64,000 bases of DNA from a virus, in IMG/VR virus record IMGVR_UViG_3300009159_000035; one strand, 5' to 3'. Made by a program: the position numbers and the translations under genes. Below the pieces are notes generated by a model. That model was not told the origin of the DNA. It saw only the letters and a list, made by a program, of their open reading frames with translations, and did not search any database. Positions 18,072 to 27,529 of this stretch are shown piece by piece (position 1 is the stretch's first letter; every line of letters begins with the position of its first letter).

Positions 18072-20129
18072 ATGTCTGGAATAAATCCAACCCTTGGACT
18101 ATCATTAGTAACCGCTGAAGCATTTGCTGGAGTTAATTATTTGGAAAAATTAGCAGCTCCACTTGGTAAAGCAGGTTTTGCAGAATTAGCAAAAGGAATA
18201 GAGCCTGCGGCTAATGAAACTGGGACGTTACAAACAAATGTAAGCTCAATATTTAATAAGTTTTCAGTATTTCAGTATTCAGCGTTTAATGCAGGTGCTA
18301 GCTATAAAACAGAAGGTCACTTTATTGGATTTTCAAGTAATTTAAAATCCAATGCGGAATACGAGGCTGAGGTGGCAAAGGCCTTTACTGAAAAGAAAAC
18401 TATTCTGGAGAATTTAAAAAAGAATAAAGTTACTACTACCGCTGGGACAAAGATAATAAATGACCAATTAGCTGCGCTTGATAAAAGTAAGACAGGCGCG
18501 GCTGGACGAGCTCGTAGTTTTAAATCAAATATTGAAAATACATTATCAAATCCAACTGCACCAGTTTTAATAAAATGGGGAGCAACAAAGTCAGCTGGAT
18601 CGCCAGTTGGCTTTCAACCATATTCGCTAACTGATTTTATGTTTTGTAAAGATTATGGTAAAATTCCAAATAACCGGTTAATAACATTACGTAGATTTCC
18701 ATTTCCAGTTGATGATTCATTAAGGTTAGGGCAAGTTGACCGAAAACGTAATGCATTTCCAGTTGCACAAGCGGTTACCTGGTTTGGTAGTGATACTAAT
18801 AATTCATTAAGTTCTATTGGAGTTTTTAAATGGGATATGACATTTGGAGAACTTTCAGTTAGTGAACAAATTATTACAGGTAATGAAGTAACTCTTACTG
18901 ATTTACTTGGAATACTAGAAGGCGTTGGAGGAAAGCCTGCTGTTGTTGGAGGAACTGAAATCGCAAATGTTCTAAAAACTGCATATGCAGCAATTAATGG
19001 ATCAGATGAAGGTATGCAGCAATTTAGTGGGTATGACGCAAAAATACAAAACTATCAAAAGTCCCTATATGATTCAACCTCTGGTCCATATTGGAACCGT
19101 ATATACGGCCCAGTAAACGTAATTCATAAATCAATGAGACGGGAGAGAGGAATGCAAAATCAAAATTGGAATACTTCATTTAGTATAAATTTTAGATATT
19201 CATTTAGGTCATTTAATGGTATGAGCCCAAAAATTGTAGCACTAGACTTAATTTCAAATTTTATTAACTTGACGTATAATGATGCTCAATTTTTAGGTCA
19301 ACTTGCTCGATATTTTCCAAAAACCGGATTAAAAATGAGCCCAAGCACAACTGAGGCATTTGGTAAAATTTTAACAAGTTGGGGATCAAGCTATACTGGA
19401 AATAATGCTGATGCGTTTAGTAAAATTTTAACAAATATGAATAGTGCATTAGAAGCCGCTGGAAGTTCAATTGCAAATGATCCAATAAAGATAATCGGTC
19501 AAGGTCTTCAAACTGGCCTAATGGCACCTGATAAATTAGGAAAGGCAATTCCTGATCTTATTTCAATTAAATCAGCACTATCAGATAGGCCGGTTGGAGA
19601 ATGGCATATTGTTGTAGGTAATCCGCTTAATCCAATTTTTGTAATGGGTGATTTATTATGTACAAATGTTGATATGGTATGGGATGAAGAACTTGGACCG
19701 GATGATTTTCCAACCGGCGTTAAGTTTACCGTAACTCTAAAACAGGGAAAACCCAGAGATAAAACTTCAATTGAAAGAATGCTTAATCTTGGAGAAACTA
19801 AATTAACATCAGGTATGTTAAGAACGTCCAGCTCATTTGATACATTTGGTGAAGATAATAGTAAATTATGGAATGAAATAGTAGCAACAGCAGAAGGTGG
19901 TCAACAAAAATCGCTTGAGGCGTATTATCAAAGTCTTAGCGCTGGTAAAGGTACGGATGGTAATAAAGCGAAAGATAGATTTAATCTATTTAGAAATAGA
20001 TTTTTAACTGGCTATGGAATATATAATAGCGATGAATTGAAAGACGTAACTACTGGAGCAGTTGGTAAAAAAGACCTTGATGATAGTTTACTATTATTTT
20101 ACTATCAACGTCAATACGGTAAAAACTAA
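18072..20129 (+). CDS. Putative baseplate/tail structural protein
   Basis: First gene of the late baseplate operon; beta-rich C-terminus (GEWHIVVGNPLNPI..MGDL.C..V...LGPDDFPT...FTVTLK). Confidence 0.55.
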   Translation: MSGINPTLGLSLVTAEAFAGVNYLEKLAAPLGKAGFAELAKGIEPAANETGTLQTNVSSIFNKFSVFQYSAFNAGASYKTEGHFIGFSSNLKSNAEYEAEVAKAFTEKKTILENLKKNKVTTTAGTKIINDQLAALDKSKTGAAGRARSFKSNIENTLSNPTAPVLIKWGATKSAGSPVGFQPYSLTDFMFCKDYGKIPNNRLITLRRFPFPVDDSLRLGQVDRKRNAFPVAQAVTWFGSDTNNSLSSIGVFKWDMTFGELSVSEQIITGNEVTLTDLLGILEGVGGKPAVVGGTEIANVLKTAYAAINGSDEGMQQFSGYDAKIQNYQKSLYDSTSGPYWNRIYGPVNVIHKSMRRERGMQNQNWNTSFSINFRYSFRSFNGMSPKIVALDLISNFINLTYNDAQFLGQLARYFPKTGLKMSPSTTEAFGKILTSWGSSYTGNNADAFSKILTNMNSALEAAGSSIANDPIKIIGQGLQTGLMAPDKLGKAIPDLISIKSALSDRPVGEWHIVVGNPLNPIFVMGDLLCTNVDMVWDEELGPDDFPTGVKFTVTLKQGKPRDKTSIERMLNLGETKLTSGMLRTSSSFDTFGEDNSKLWNEIVATAEGGQQKSLEAYYQSLSAGKGTDGNKAKDRFNLFRNRFLTGYGIYNSDELKDVTTGAVGKKDLDDSLLLFYYQRQYGKN

Positions 20130-20139
20130 TCAATATAAT

Positions 20140-20745
20140 ATGATAGATTTAAAAATATTAGGAAATAAGCTGAATTTTACAAAAACAAATGGTGATATTG
20201 TTATTGACCTAACTAGGCGTAGTGTTTCATTTAAAGGCGTATTAGTAAATCAAGGTAAAAGTTTTATAGTTGATGATGGATTACAGATGAGAGGAGACCT
20301 ACTTTCAAAAATTCTATATCAAACTACTTCATTTATGTGTGTTTTGTTTAAGTATAATGGAATATCCAATCCATTTTCATTAGATATTAATGATTTTATT
20401 AAAGCGCCAGACGGTGGAGTATTATCGGCAATGTTAACTGAGCCAAGCACCATTAATGGAAGTAATAATAATTGGGAGACTTCTACCAGAAAAAAGAAAA
20501 AGACTTCATTAATTTCTCCAAAAACTAAACAGGATAAAATGCGGCTTGATTATTTACAAAAAAATTCAGGTGTAAATTCAACAATCGCACCTCCTAATAT
20601 AGCCAAAGACACCTCAGTAAAAGTTGTGAATGGTAAGATTATTTTTGGAGCTGACGTTACCTCGGTGAAAAAGGAGGACTGCCCTGATCCAATTTCTAGG
20701 ACTAAGCTGCAAGCCGCATTGGTAAAAAATAAAATATTTGGTTAA
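20140..20745 (+). CDS. gp53: Baseplate wedge protein, T4 gp53-like (LysM-like)
   Basis: MRGDLLSKILY...LFKYNGISNPFSL; start moved to ATG 20140 to remove overlap. Confidence 0.65.
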   Translation: MIDLKILGNKLNFTKTNGDIVIDLTRRSVSFKGVLVNQGKSFIVDDGLQMRGDLLSKILYQTTSFMCVLFKYNGISNPFSLDINDFIKAPDGGVLSAMLTEPSTINGSNNNWETSTRKKKKTSLISPKTKQDKMRLDYLQKNSGVNSTIAPPNIAKDTSVKVVNGKIIFGADVTSVKKEDCPDPISRTKLQAALVKNKIFG

Positions 20746-22241
20746 TGGCAGCGGTTAAAGATTTAATTATACAAACACTTGAGCCAAAGATTACTCCACC
20801 AAGTATTAGTGTGCCTGATTTTGAAACTGCTGGCTCAGATAATAAGATTAGATCTGCTGAACAGTCTGGTTATGCTCAACAGTTGGGTAAAAAATCTCCA
20901 TTAATTAGAATTGGAAATTCCACTATTGCTCCAAATAATGTAATATCAATGTCAGTATCAATGAATTCAATTATACCGACCATTCATGTAGCGGTAATTG
21001 ATCCAATGGGAACACTAACTTCACGAACCTATCCTAGAACTAGTTTATTGATTACTGCATTTGTTGCACAAAGTCATCCAAAATTAAAATCATTTTCTCA
21101 ATCATTCTTAATTACAAATGTTCATTCAATACCATTGGGCTTTGGAGAAACCAGATATGATTTCTTTGGAGAATTGTATATTCCAAATTTGAATGGTAAT
21201 TTTATTAAATCATATACTGGCTTAACTTCAGCACAAGCACTAAAAAAAGTAGCAGAAGAATTGGGATTAGGTTTTGCAACAAATGAAGACACAACTGATG
21301 ATAAAATGACATGGATTAATCCTAACTTAAATTATAAATCATTTATTAAGCAGGTAACAGATCACTCATATAAAAATGAAAAATCTTTTTTTGAATGTTT
21401 TATTGACAGATATTATGTACTTAATTTTATTAATGTTGAAAAGCAGTTTAAACAATTTAGTGATGATAAAGAAATATCAGATGGATATCCGGCAGTATCA
21501 ACCGATTCAATAGATACGTCTAGAGCAGAAAATGGAAATACGATAGAAGCGCCAGATGCAACAATTAAGCTTATTTTAACTAATGGCTCAATTGGCAATA
21601 AATATTCTGAAATGAAAATTTTGGAATATTCAATGATTGGCGAAAATGGAGATATTTTAAAAAATAATGGTTTTAGAAAAAGAATTTTGATCTATAAACA
21701 TGGAGAGGTTGATCCACTTAATACCTGGTTTGTTGAACCGCTATCTGAAGTATCAGCTGATGGAGCAAGTGTATATCAAGTCCCAGAGCTACAAGATTAT
21801 ATAGATAATGATGTTGTTAAATGGATGGGAACCGATTATAATAATACTCATTCAAATTATAAATTTGCAAAATTATTAAATAATCATAATTTAGCTGAAG
21901 CAAATAAAAATGCACTATTAGTTAAATTGCCAGGATTTAATCATAATATACTTAGAGGAAGTAGAGTTAAGGTACACATATATTCAACTAGAGCTCAACA
22001 AATGAGTCATGATAGAATAAAAAATGAGTTGGCAGAACCAGTAGATTCTCAAAAATCTGAGAATCCAATGGAAAGCACTGCCTCCTCTGAAATATTTGAT
22101 ACGTATTTAAGTGATACTTATTATGTAAAAAGTATAGAGTATAATTATAATATACAGGACCCAGAATATAAATTTACAACAACAATGATTTTAGGTAGAA
22201 AAAATTGGTTACCTGAACCAAAGGTAGAAAATAAAGAATAA
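20745..22241 (+). CDS. Putative baseplate hub protein (gp27/VgrG-like)
   Basis: Lies between gp53-like and gp5-like genes; ALKKVAEELGLGF, FIDRYYVLNF, LSDTYYVKSIEY. Confidence 0.55.
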   Translation: MAAVKDLIIQTLEPKITPPSISVPDFETAGSDNKIRSAEQSGYAQQLGKKSPLIRIGNSTIAPNNVISMSVSMNSIIPTIHVAVIDPMGTLTSRTYPRTSLLITAFVAQSHPKLKSFSQSFLITNVHSIPLGFGETRYDFFGELYIPNLNGNFIKSYTGLTSAQALKKVAEELGLGFATNEDTTDDKMTWINPNLNYKSFIKQVTDHSYKNEKSFFECFIDRYYVLNFINVEKQFKQFSDDKEISDGYPAVSTDSIDTSRAENGNTIEAPDATIKLILTNGSIGNKYSEMKILEYSMIGENGDILKNNGFRKRILIYKHGEVDPLNTWFVEPLSEVSADGASVYQVPELQDYIDNDVVKWMGTDYNNTHSNYKFAKLLNNHNLAEANKNALLVKLPGFNHNILRGSRVKVHIYSTRAQQMSHDRIKNELAEPVDSQKSENPMESTASSEIFDTYLSDTYYVKSIEYNYNIQDPEYKFTTTMILGRKNWLPEPKVENKE

Positions 22242-22243
22242 CC

Positions 22244-23632
22244 ATGGCAAAATTAATAAATGGAACAAGAAGATGGAAGCAATTTGTAAAAAGTTCGCTT
22301 AATGATGTACAAGACCCAGTATTCCTGACATTTGACTTGGACTTTTTATTAGACATTAATAAACCTGAATTAAGTCACCAACAAACTGCATCAAACGATG
22401 GATTATATTTTGATGGATTATTTAAGGCACCACGAACGGAAGTGACTGATGCAAACGAATATAATATAGTAGAATGGGCAGCAATTGACTGGTTGGAAAG
22501 ATATGGTTCTCCATGGGCAAAACAGAATTGGCAATATTTAGCAGATGCCCAAGTATTGTTAAAACAATTACAAGAGAGTCCATGGTATTTTCAATCTATT
22601 ATGGGAATAGACCAATTATGGAAAGCGGCAAGTAGAGTTAAAGAAGGGGATAAAAAAGTTGAAATTACGATAAATTGTCTTGATTCAATACAGCAACCAT
22701 TACTTAAATTTGCAGAATCCTATCGTAGAGCAATTTATGATTTTGATAAATTATGTTATACATTACCTGATAATCTTAGAACATTTGATATGACAATTAC
22801 CCTATTTGAAATTAGGGATATTAATGATCCTAATGGTAATTTAGAAGATGGGCTTCACCAATTAAAATATAGACTGCAGCGCTGTGAATTTGATTTTTCA
22901 GACATACTTAATGGAGTAGGCTCTACTGAAATTAAATCATATATTGAAGAGAAGCCATTTACTACATCATTTAAAATTAGAGCAGCTTGGGTAATGGAAG
23001 AATCTGAAGCCTCAACTGAGTCAAATTATCATTCACTAGGTATTTTTTCAGGCCTAGCAAGTTCGCTTGGAAATAAAGCTCAAAATTTACTAGGCAGTAT
23101 AGCACGACTTCCAGCCCGAATAATTGGAGATCTTACTAATCAATTACAAACTAAACTTGAAACCGCATTAGGCGAAAATGTGTATAATAGAACTACTGAG
23201 GTACTTGGAACAAATCAACTGTTTGGTAGAACTTCACCAGTTGGACCAGGTGGCGGAGGAGCTGTTGTTAATGATGATATTTACCCAGGAGTAAATGTGA
23301 ACCCGAATATAACCAAAATAGCAGAGATTTACCCAGGAGTAAATGTGAACCCTAATATAACCGATATAGCCGATATTTACCCAGGAGTAGATGTGAAGCC
23401 TGACGTAACTGATATAGATGATATTTACCCAGGAGTAGATGTGAAGCCGGTTATAACAACTGGTATTGATGTTTACCCAGGAGTAGATGTGAAACCTAAC
23501 GTAACAACCGGAATTGACGTTTACCCAGGAGTAGATGTGAAACCTAACGTAACAACCGGAATTGACGTTTACCCAGGAGTAGATGTGAAAGACATAATTA
23601 AGGATGGCGATTTGGGTGATGTTTATCCATAA
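22244..23632 (+). CDS. Tail-tube-fold-like baseplate protein with C-terminal 16-aa tandem repeats
   Basis: PWYFQSI.G...ITINCLDS...LPDNLRTFDMTI...RCEFD; C-terminal repeated DVYPGVDVKPNVTTGI. Confidence 0.55.
   Translation: MAKLINGTRRWKQFVKSSLNDVQDPVFLTFDLDFLLDINKPELSHQQTASNDGLYFDGLFKAPRTEVTDANEYNIVEWAAIDWLERYGSPWAKQNWQYLADAQVLLKQLQESPWYFQSIMGIDQLWKAASRVKEGDKKVEITINCLDSIQQPLLKFAESYRRAIYDFDKLCYTLPDNLRTFDMTITLFEIRDINDPNGNLEDGLHQLKYRLQRCEFDFSDILNGVGSTEIKSYIEEKPFTTSFKIRAAWVMEESEASTESNYHSLGIFSGLASSLGNKAQNLLGSIARLPARIIGDLTNQLQTKLETALGENVYNRTTEVLGTNQLFGRTSPVGPGGGGAVVNDDIYPGVNVNPNITKIAEIYPGVNVNPNITDIADIYPGVDVKPDVTDIDDIYPGVDVKPVITTGIDVYPGVDVKPNVTTGIDVYPGVDVKPNVTTGIDVYPGVDVKDIIKDGDLGDVYP
23280..23629 (+). 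repeat. 48-bp coding tandem repeat, 7 copies plus a partial eighth
   Basis: Core TTTACCCAGGAGTARATGTGAA at 23280, 23328, 23376, 23424, 23472, 23520, 23568. Confidence 0.95.
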
Positions 23633-23693
23633 TTTTGACAATGTGTAAAGTGGAATGCTATTAATATGTAAATTGAAAAGTTAAAAAATGTAA

Positions 23694-24497
23694 ATGATAG
23701 GACCAAATCAAGATATAGAAAAAGATCCAACTGGATCAGATAATTTAACTACCAAATTTCTTGGTGAAGTAATTGATGTTACTGACCCATTACGTGAGGG
23801 TCGATGTAAAATTAAAGTATTTAGTATTTTTGATACTTTACCAGTTGAGGATATTCCATGGGCAACACAGTCTCAAAAACCTGCATTTTTTGGGCAAGAT
23901 GCAAAGGCCGGCTCAATTTCAATTCCTAAAAAAGGTGCAATTGTAAATGTCAGATTTAATAATGGCGACCTTTATTCTCCGGAATATGAACAGGTGCAGG
24001 AAATTGGAGATGATATTAAAGAAGAACTTAAAAAGAGTACTGACTATGAATATGAAGGAGCTCACTATATCCTATTTGATGGAGATGAACAAATTAAATT
24101 TTGGTTTAATAAAGGTAAAGGCTTAACTCTTGAAATGAAAGACTCTTACCTAAACATTGATCAAAATTCTAAAATTGAACTTTACCATAAAGACGGTTTG
24201 TCGTCAGTTGAATTAGATGGAAATGTTATTACAGTAATGAGTCAATCTCAAGTAAATGTAGTTTCAAACTCAATTAAAACCAGTGCTCAAAATGTACATA
24301 TTGATGGTAAAACAACCAGAATTGGATCATCAAATATTGTTGAAAGTGCAGTAATGGGAGATACGTTATATGCTGCACTATATGGGTTAGCTGCAATGGT
24401 TGATGCTAAAATGCCTTCAACGCCAGGAGCAGCACAACAATATATACAAAATTTAAGAGATACAATGCTCTCCGAAACTGTAGCAATTGGCCATTAA
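23694..24497 (+). CDS. gp5: Baseplate central spike, gp5/Vgr OB-fold type
   Basis: FLGEVIDVTDPLREGRCKIKVF...IPWA...SIPKKGAIVNVRF; beta-helix-like C-terminus; no lysozyme domain seen. Confidence 0.8.
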   Translation: MIGPNQDIEKDPTGSDNLTTKFLGEVIDVTDPLREGRCKIKVFSIFDTLPVEDIPWATQSQKPAFFGQDAKAGSISIPKKGAIVNVRFNNGDLYSPEYEQVQEIGDDIKEELKKSTDYEYEGAHYILFDGDEQIKFWFNKGKGLTLEMKDSYLNIDQNSKIELYHKDGLSSVELDGNVITVMSQSQVNVVSNSIKTSAQNVHIDGKTTRIGSSNIVESAVMGDTLYAALYGLAAMVDAKMPSTPGAAQQYIQNLRDTMLSETVAIGH

Positions 24498-24522
24498 ACT
24501 TATTTAGCCTAATTAGTATTAG
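24496..24522 (+). promoter_or_regulatory. AAAC-N17-TATTAG promoter for dnaJ
   Basis: Recurrent motif. Confidence 0.6.
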
Positions 24523-24547
24523 ATAATTAAATTATAATTTACATTTT

Positions 24548-25456
24548 TTGAAAAATCATTACCAGACACTTGGGGTTTTGGAAACCTCAACTCATGACGA
24601 TATCCGAAAGGCCTATCGAAAATTGGCAACTAAATATCATCCAGATAAAAATAGTGGAAGTTCTGAAGCAGAAGATAAATTTAAAGAGGTAGCAGCAGCT
24701 TATGAAACCTTAGGTAATGAGGATAAGCGTAAGGCATATGACCATTCCAGAAATTTTAAAGGATCGGCTAATGCTGATTTTTTTGGTAATTTTGGATCAT
24801 TTAGAGATTTTTCATTTGGTGGATCTAGAGTACATGATTTTAAGAATTTAACAATACCTATTGATAAATGGGCAACAATTAAGGAATTAATGGATGGAGC
24901 TATATTTGATATACCATATATTGTAAATAAAACAATTAGTGGCTCAACTAAAGCTGAAAATAAACAAGTTAGGGTTAAAATTGACTTGGCAAATGAAAGT
25001 TATCCAATTTCATTTGATAATGGAAGATATTTAATTACTTTAAAGATTAGAGGAGGAGGTTCAAGTCAAGAAATTGAAGACTTTGACTATTCTGGTAAAA
25101 AAAGAAATACCGTAGTTACTGGTGATTTAATAGTTCGAATAAACATTGATATGTTAGGCCTTGCTATTGATCAAAGTGATATTATTCAAGAGTTTGAGCT
25201 AAGTTTACATGATATATTATTTACTGAAGAAGTTATCCTGGAAAGCCCAATGGGCAAAAAATATCGTATTAAATCATTTAATCGAGATAATTTAAGTAAT
25301 ATAACAGTTAAAATACCTAATCAAGGATTGATCTCAGCTTTTGGTAATACAGGAAGCTATGTGTTTAAGATCCTGGTTAAAAAGCCAAATTTTTTAAATA
25401 TTAGTGAAGAAAACTTACAAATTTTAAAAGACTTGCTGATTGACGTTAATAAATAA
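24548..25456 (+). CDS. dnaJ: DnaJ-family co-chaperone without zinc finger
   Basis: YQTLGV...[17 protein letters not shown]...[13 protein letters not shown]; G/F region; GDLIV. Confidence 0.9.
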   Translation: MKNHYQTLGVLETSTHDDIRKAYRKLATKYHPDKNSGSSEAEDKFKEVAAAYETLGNEDKRKAYDHSRNFKGSANADFFGNFGSFRDFSFGGSRVHDFKNLTIPIDKWATIKELMDGAIFDIPYIVNKTISGSTKAENKQVRVKIDLANESYPISFDNGRYLITLKIRGGGSSQEIEDFDYSGKKRNTVVTGDLIVRINIDMLGLAIDQSDIIQEFELSLHDILFTEEVILESPMGKKYRIKSFNRDNLSNITVKIPNQGLISAFGNTGSYVFKILVKKPNFLNISEENLQILKDLLIDVNK

Positions 25457-25495
25457 TGTTAGTACGGCCTACCTAGAGTAATAGGAATGGGCGCG

Positions 25496-25505
25496 TATAA
25501 ATAAT
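25496..25505 (+). promoter_or_regulatory. Late promoter for protease-scaffold
   Basis: TATAAATAAT. Confidence 0.7.
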
Positions 25506-25523
25506 CAAAAAAGTCTAACTAAG

Positions 25524-27512
25524 TTGACTACTACTAATATTAAAAGTTTAAACCAACCTGCTATCCCAGAGAATTCAGTGTTTATCATTGAGCATCTAAA
25601 TGAAGCAGTTACGGTAACTACAGAAAACAATGATGTTATTCTTGAAGGTACGGCGGCAGTTTTCGGAGTAATGAATGAGAACAATCGTATTTACCAAAAA
25701 CAAGAATATTTACCTCATTTAACTTACTTAAATGAGAAGATCAAACAGCGTAGACTATTTGGTGAACTTGATCATCCGCAAAAATTTGATGTTTCATTAG
25801 CTAATGTATCCCATGTAATTTTGGGACTTACATATGATGAACCAAGCAATAGCGTAAAAATTAGACTACAGTTATTAGATACACCATGTGGTAGAATTGC
25901 AAAAACTTTAGTTTTAGCAGGTTGTACTACTTCAATTTCTTCAAGAGCTGCAGGTAATGTTAATAAAGACGGAAATGTTACATTAGCAAAAATATTCACA
26001 TACGATTTGGTTGCAGAACCAGGTTTTGCACAAGCTGCGCTTGGCCAAGTATCTGAAAGTTTGCAAAATAACTATTCTGCAATCTTTGAATCATTAGATT
26101 CATTAAGAACTAGCGCAATCACTACCCAATTAACAGATATTTCTGAAAACTTCGGTTTTGAGGATTCTGTGAAGATTTACCGAATAAATAATCAAGAAAT
26201 ATCAACTAAACAAAATAATACACAGCAAATGGCTAATGAGTTTGTAACAAAAGAAGAGATGAATCAGTATTCTGAACTGGTTAAAAAGAAATTTTCTTCT
26301 CTACAAGAGAATATCTCTAAAAACAATAAAGGTCTTCAAAAGATCAGTGAAAATGCAACAGAAGGAGAATCTCCAGTTGTTGCTAAAATGGTAGAATACG
26401 TTAACTATTTAGCTGGCGAAATGGAGCAATTAGTTGAATACTCTAACTATCTTTCAACAATGTTAAATCAAGGTATTAATTACACTGAGCATGTTGCAGA
26501 GAAAGTTAATACAGTAATCGATTATTCTGACTATTTAGCAGGCACAGTAGAAAAGAATATTCAATATTCTAGCTACTTAGGAGAAAAACTTAATGAAAAC
26601 ATTAACTATTCTGAATATATTGCTGAAAACGTAGAAAAAACAGTTGAATATGCTAACTACATTGCAGAAAATGTAGACAGCAGTATTCAATACACAGAAT
26701 ACGTTGGACAAAGTGCAGAAAAAGGAATTCAATTTTCAAATTACTTAGCTGAGAATTTAGATGCATCTATTAAATACTCTAACTATTTAGGACAAAACCT
26801 TAATGAAGGTATTAGATATTCAGAATACATTGCTGAATCATTAAATGAAAAAATCACTCCTTCAGCTTTAACTAAAACTCGTTCTTTACTTGGAGAAGTT
26901 AAAAAATTAAATGAAGGCGTAGAATTTGAAGTTAATGAAACTTCTTCAGTTGATGACCTAGTTGGAGCAGTTGATGGACTATTAACTCACATTAAATCAA
27001 ATTCAGCTAAATCTATTTTGGAAAACAAATATCCATTCTTAAAATTGTTAACTGAAGGTCGTAAGCAAGCATTCTATAATTTAGATCAGCCTACTAAATC
27101 TGCAATTGTTGAAACAATGCAAGGAGCTATCTACTTTAACGAAGCTGAAGTAGTTAATATTATGGAAGCAGTTCTTAACAAACAAGTTGAAAACACGCCT
27201 AATTATATTAAACTTATGCCAGCTGCATACAAGCAATTATTTGAAAGTATGACTGACGGAGAAAGAAATTGGATGGCTTCTCAAGCTAACAACTTCACTT
27301 TAAATACTTCATATCAAGTTAAGTCTTTTTGGGATTCTCGCGATTTAAGAGGAGTTAATGAGAGACTTGCAACTGAAACAATTATAAATAATAATTCTAT
27401 TAACGAAAACCAAGGTAAAGAAGGTTACGTATCGTTAAACCAAATAAACGAAAGTCTACGTGGTTATTCTAATAACTACATGGACGCTCTTAAAAGAAGA
27501 GCACAAAATTAA
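25524..27512 (+). CDS. gp21: Prohead protease (gp21-like) fused to scaffolding/core protein (gp22-like)
   Basis: NENNRIY, GELDHP, VSH, LLDTPCG, ISSRAAG, TYDLVAEPGF; long coiled-coil C-terminus; directly upstream of MCP. Confidence 0.88.
   Translation: MTTTNIKSLNQPAIPENSVFIIEHLNEAVTVTTENNDVILEGTAAVFGVMNENNRIYQKQEYLPHLTYLNEKIKQRRLFGELDHPQKFDVSLANVSHVILGLTYDEPSNSVKIRLQLLDTPCGRIAKTLVLAGCTTSISSRAAGNVNKDGNVTLAKIFTYDLVAEPGFAQAALGQVSESLQNNYSAIFESLDSLRTSAITTQLTDISENFGFEDSVKIYRINNQEISTKQNNTQQMANEFVTKEEMNQYSELVKKKFSSLQENISKNNKGLQKISENATEGESPVVAKMVEYVNYLAGEMEQLVEYSNYLSTMLNQGINYTEHVAEKVNTVIDYSDYLAGTVEKNIQYSSYLGEKLNENINYSEYIAENVEKTVEYANYIAENVDSSIQYTEYVGQSAEKGIQFSNYLAENLDASIKYSNYLGQNLNEGIRYSEYIAESLNEKITPSALTKTRSLLGEVKKLNEGVEFEVNETSSVDDLVGAVDGLLTHIKSNSAKSILENKYPFLKLLTEGRKQAFYNLDQPTKSAIVETMQGAIYFNEAEVVNIMEAVLNKQVENTPNYIKLMPAAYKQLFESMTDGERNWMASQANNFTLNTSYQVKSFWDSRDLRGVNERLATETIINNNSINENQGKEGYVSLNQINESLRGYSNNYMDALKRRAQN
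26184..26192 (+). promoter_or_regulatory. Intragenic late promoter for nested scaffold
   Basis: ATAAATAAT 36 nt before in-frame ATG. Confidence 0.55.
26229..27512 (+). CDS. Probable nested in-frame scaffold protein (MANEFVTKEE...)
   Basis: Internal ATAAATAAT at 26184-26192, A-rich leader, in-frame ATG at the domain boundary. Confidence 0.55.
   Translation: MANEFVTKEEMNQYSELVKKKFSSLQENISKNNKGLQKISENATEGESPVVAKMVEYVNYLAGEMEQLVEYSNYLSTMLNQGINYTEHVAEKVNTVIDYSDYLAGTVEKNIQYSSYLGEKLNENINYSEYIAENVEKTVEYANYIAENVDSSIQYTEYVGQSAEKGIQFSNYLAENLDASIKYSNYLGQNLNEGIRYSEYIAESLNEKITPSALTKTRSLLGEVKKLNEGVEFEVNETSSVDDLVGAVDGLLTHIKSNSAKSILENKYPFLKLLTEGRKQAFYNLDQPTKSAIVETMQGAIYFNEAEVVNIMEAVLNKQVENTPNYIKLMPAAYKQLFESMTDGERNWMASQANNFTLNTSYQVKSFWDSRDLRGVNERLATETIINNNSINENQGKEGYVSLNQINESLRGYSNNYMDALKRRAQN
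26397..26849 (+). repeat. About 11 degenerate 14-aa repeats (YxxYL/IAExxxxxIx) in the scaffold region
   Basis: YSDYLAGTVEKNIQ / YSSYLGEKLNENIN / YSEYIAENVEKTVE / YANYIAENVDSSIQ etc. Confidence 0.85.
27383..27392 (+). promoter_or_regulatory. Intragenic late promoter for MCP
   Basis: TATAAATAAT about 140 nt upstream of MCP start. Confidence 0.55.
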
Positions 27513-27529
27513 AAAAACATTTTTAAAAA

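Noticed and set aside
20062-20139. ORF-track N-terminal extensions (also 32244, 42926, 44352, 49037, 56155)
   Set aside because: They overlap upstream genes or terminators; downstream ATGs with A-rich leaders fit better
23280-23589. Possible CRISPR array (22-bp repeat, 26-bp spacers)
   Set aside because: Spacers resemble each other (two identical), the period is a multiple of three, the array is in frame in a protein, and no cas genes are present
23611-23637. Host-type Bacteroidota promoter (TTTG ... TAATTTTG) before gp5
   Set aside because: Spacing of 15 nt is shorter than typical and it is a single instance overlapping a stop codon
23234-23641. 135-aa minus-strand ORF with HIYSWVN repeats
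   Set aside because: Antisense shadow of the coding tandem repeat
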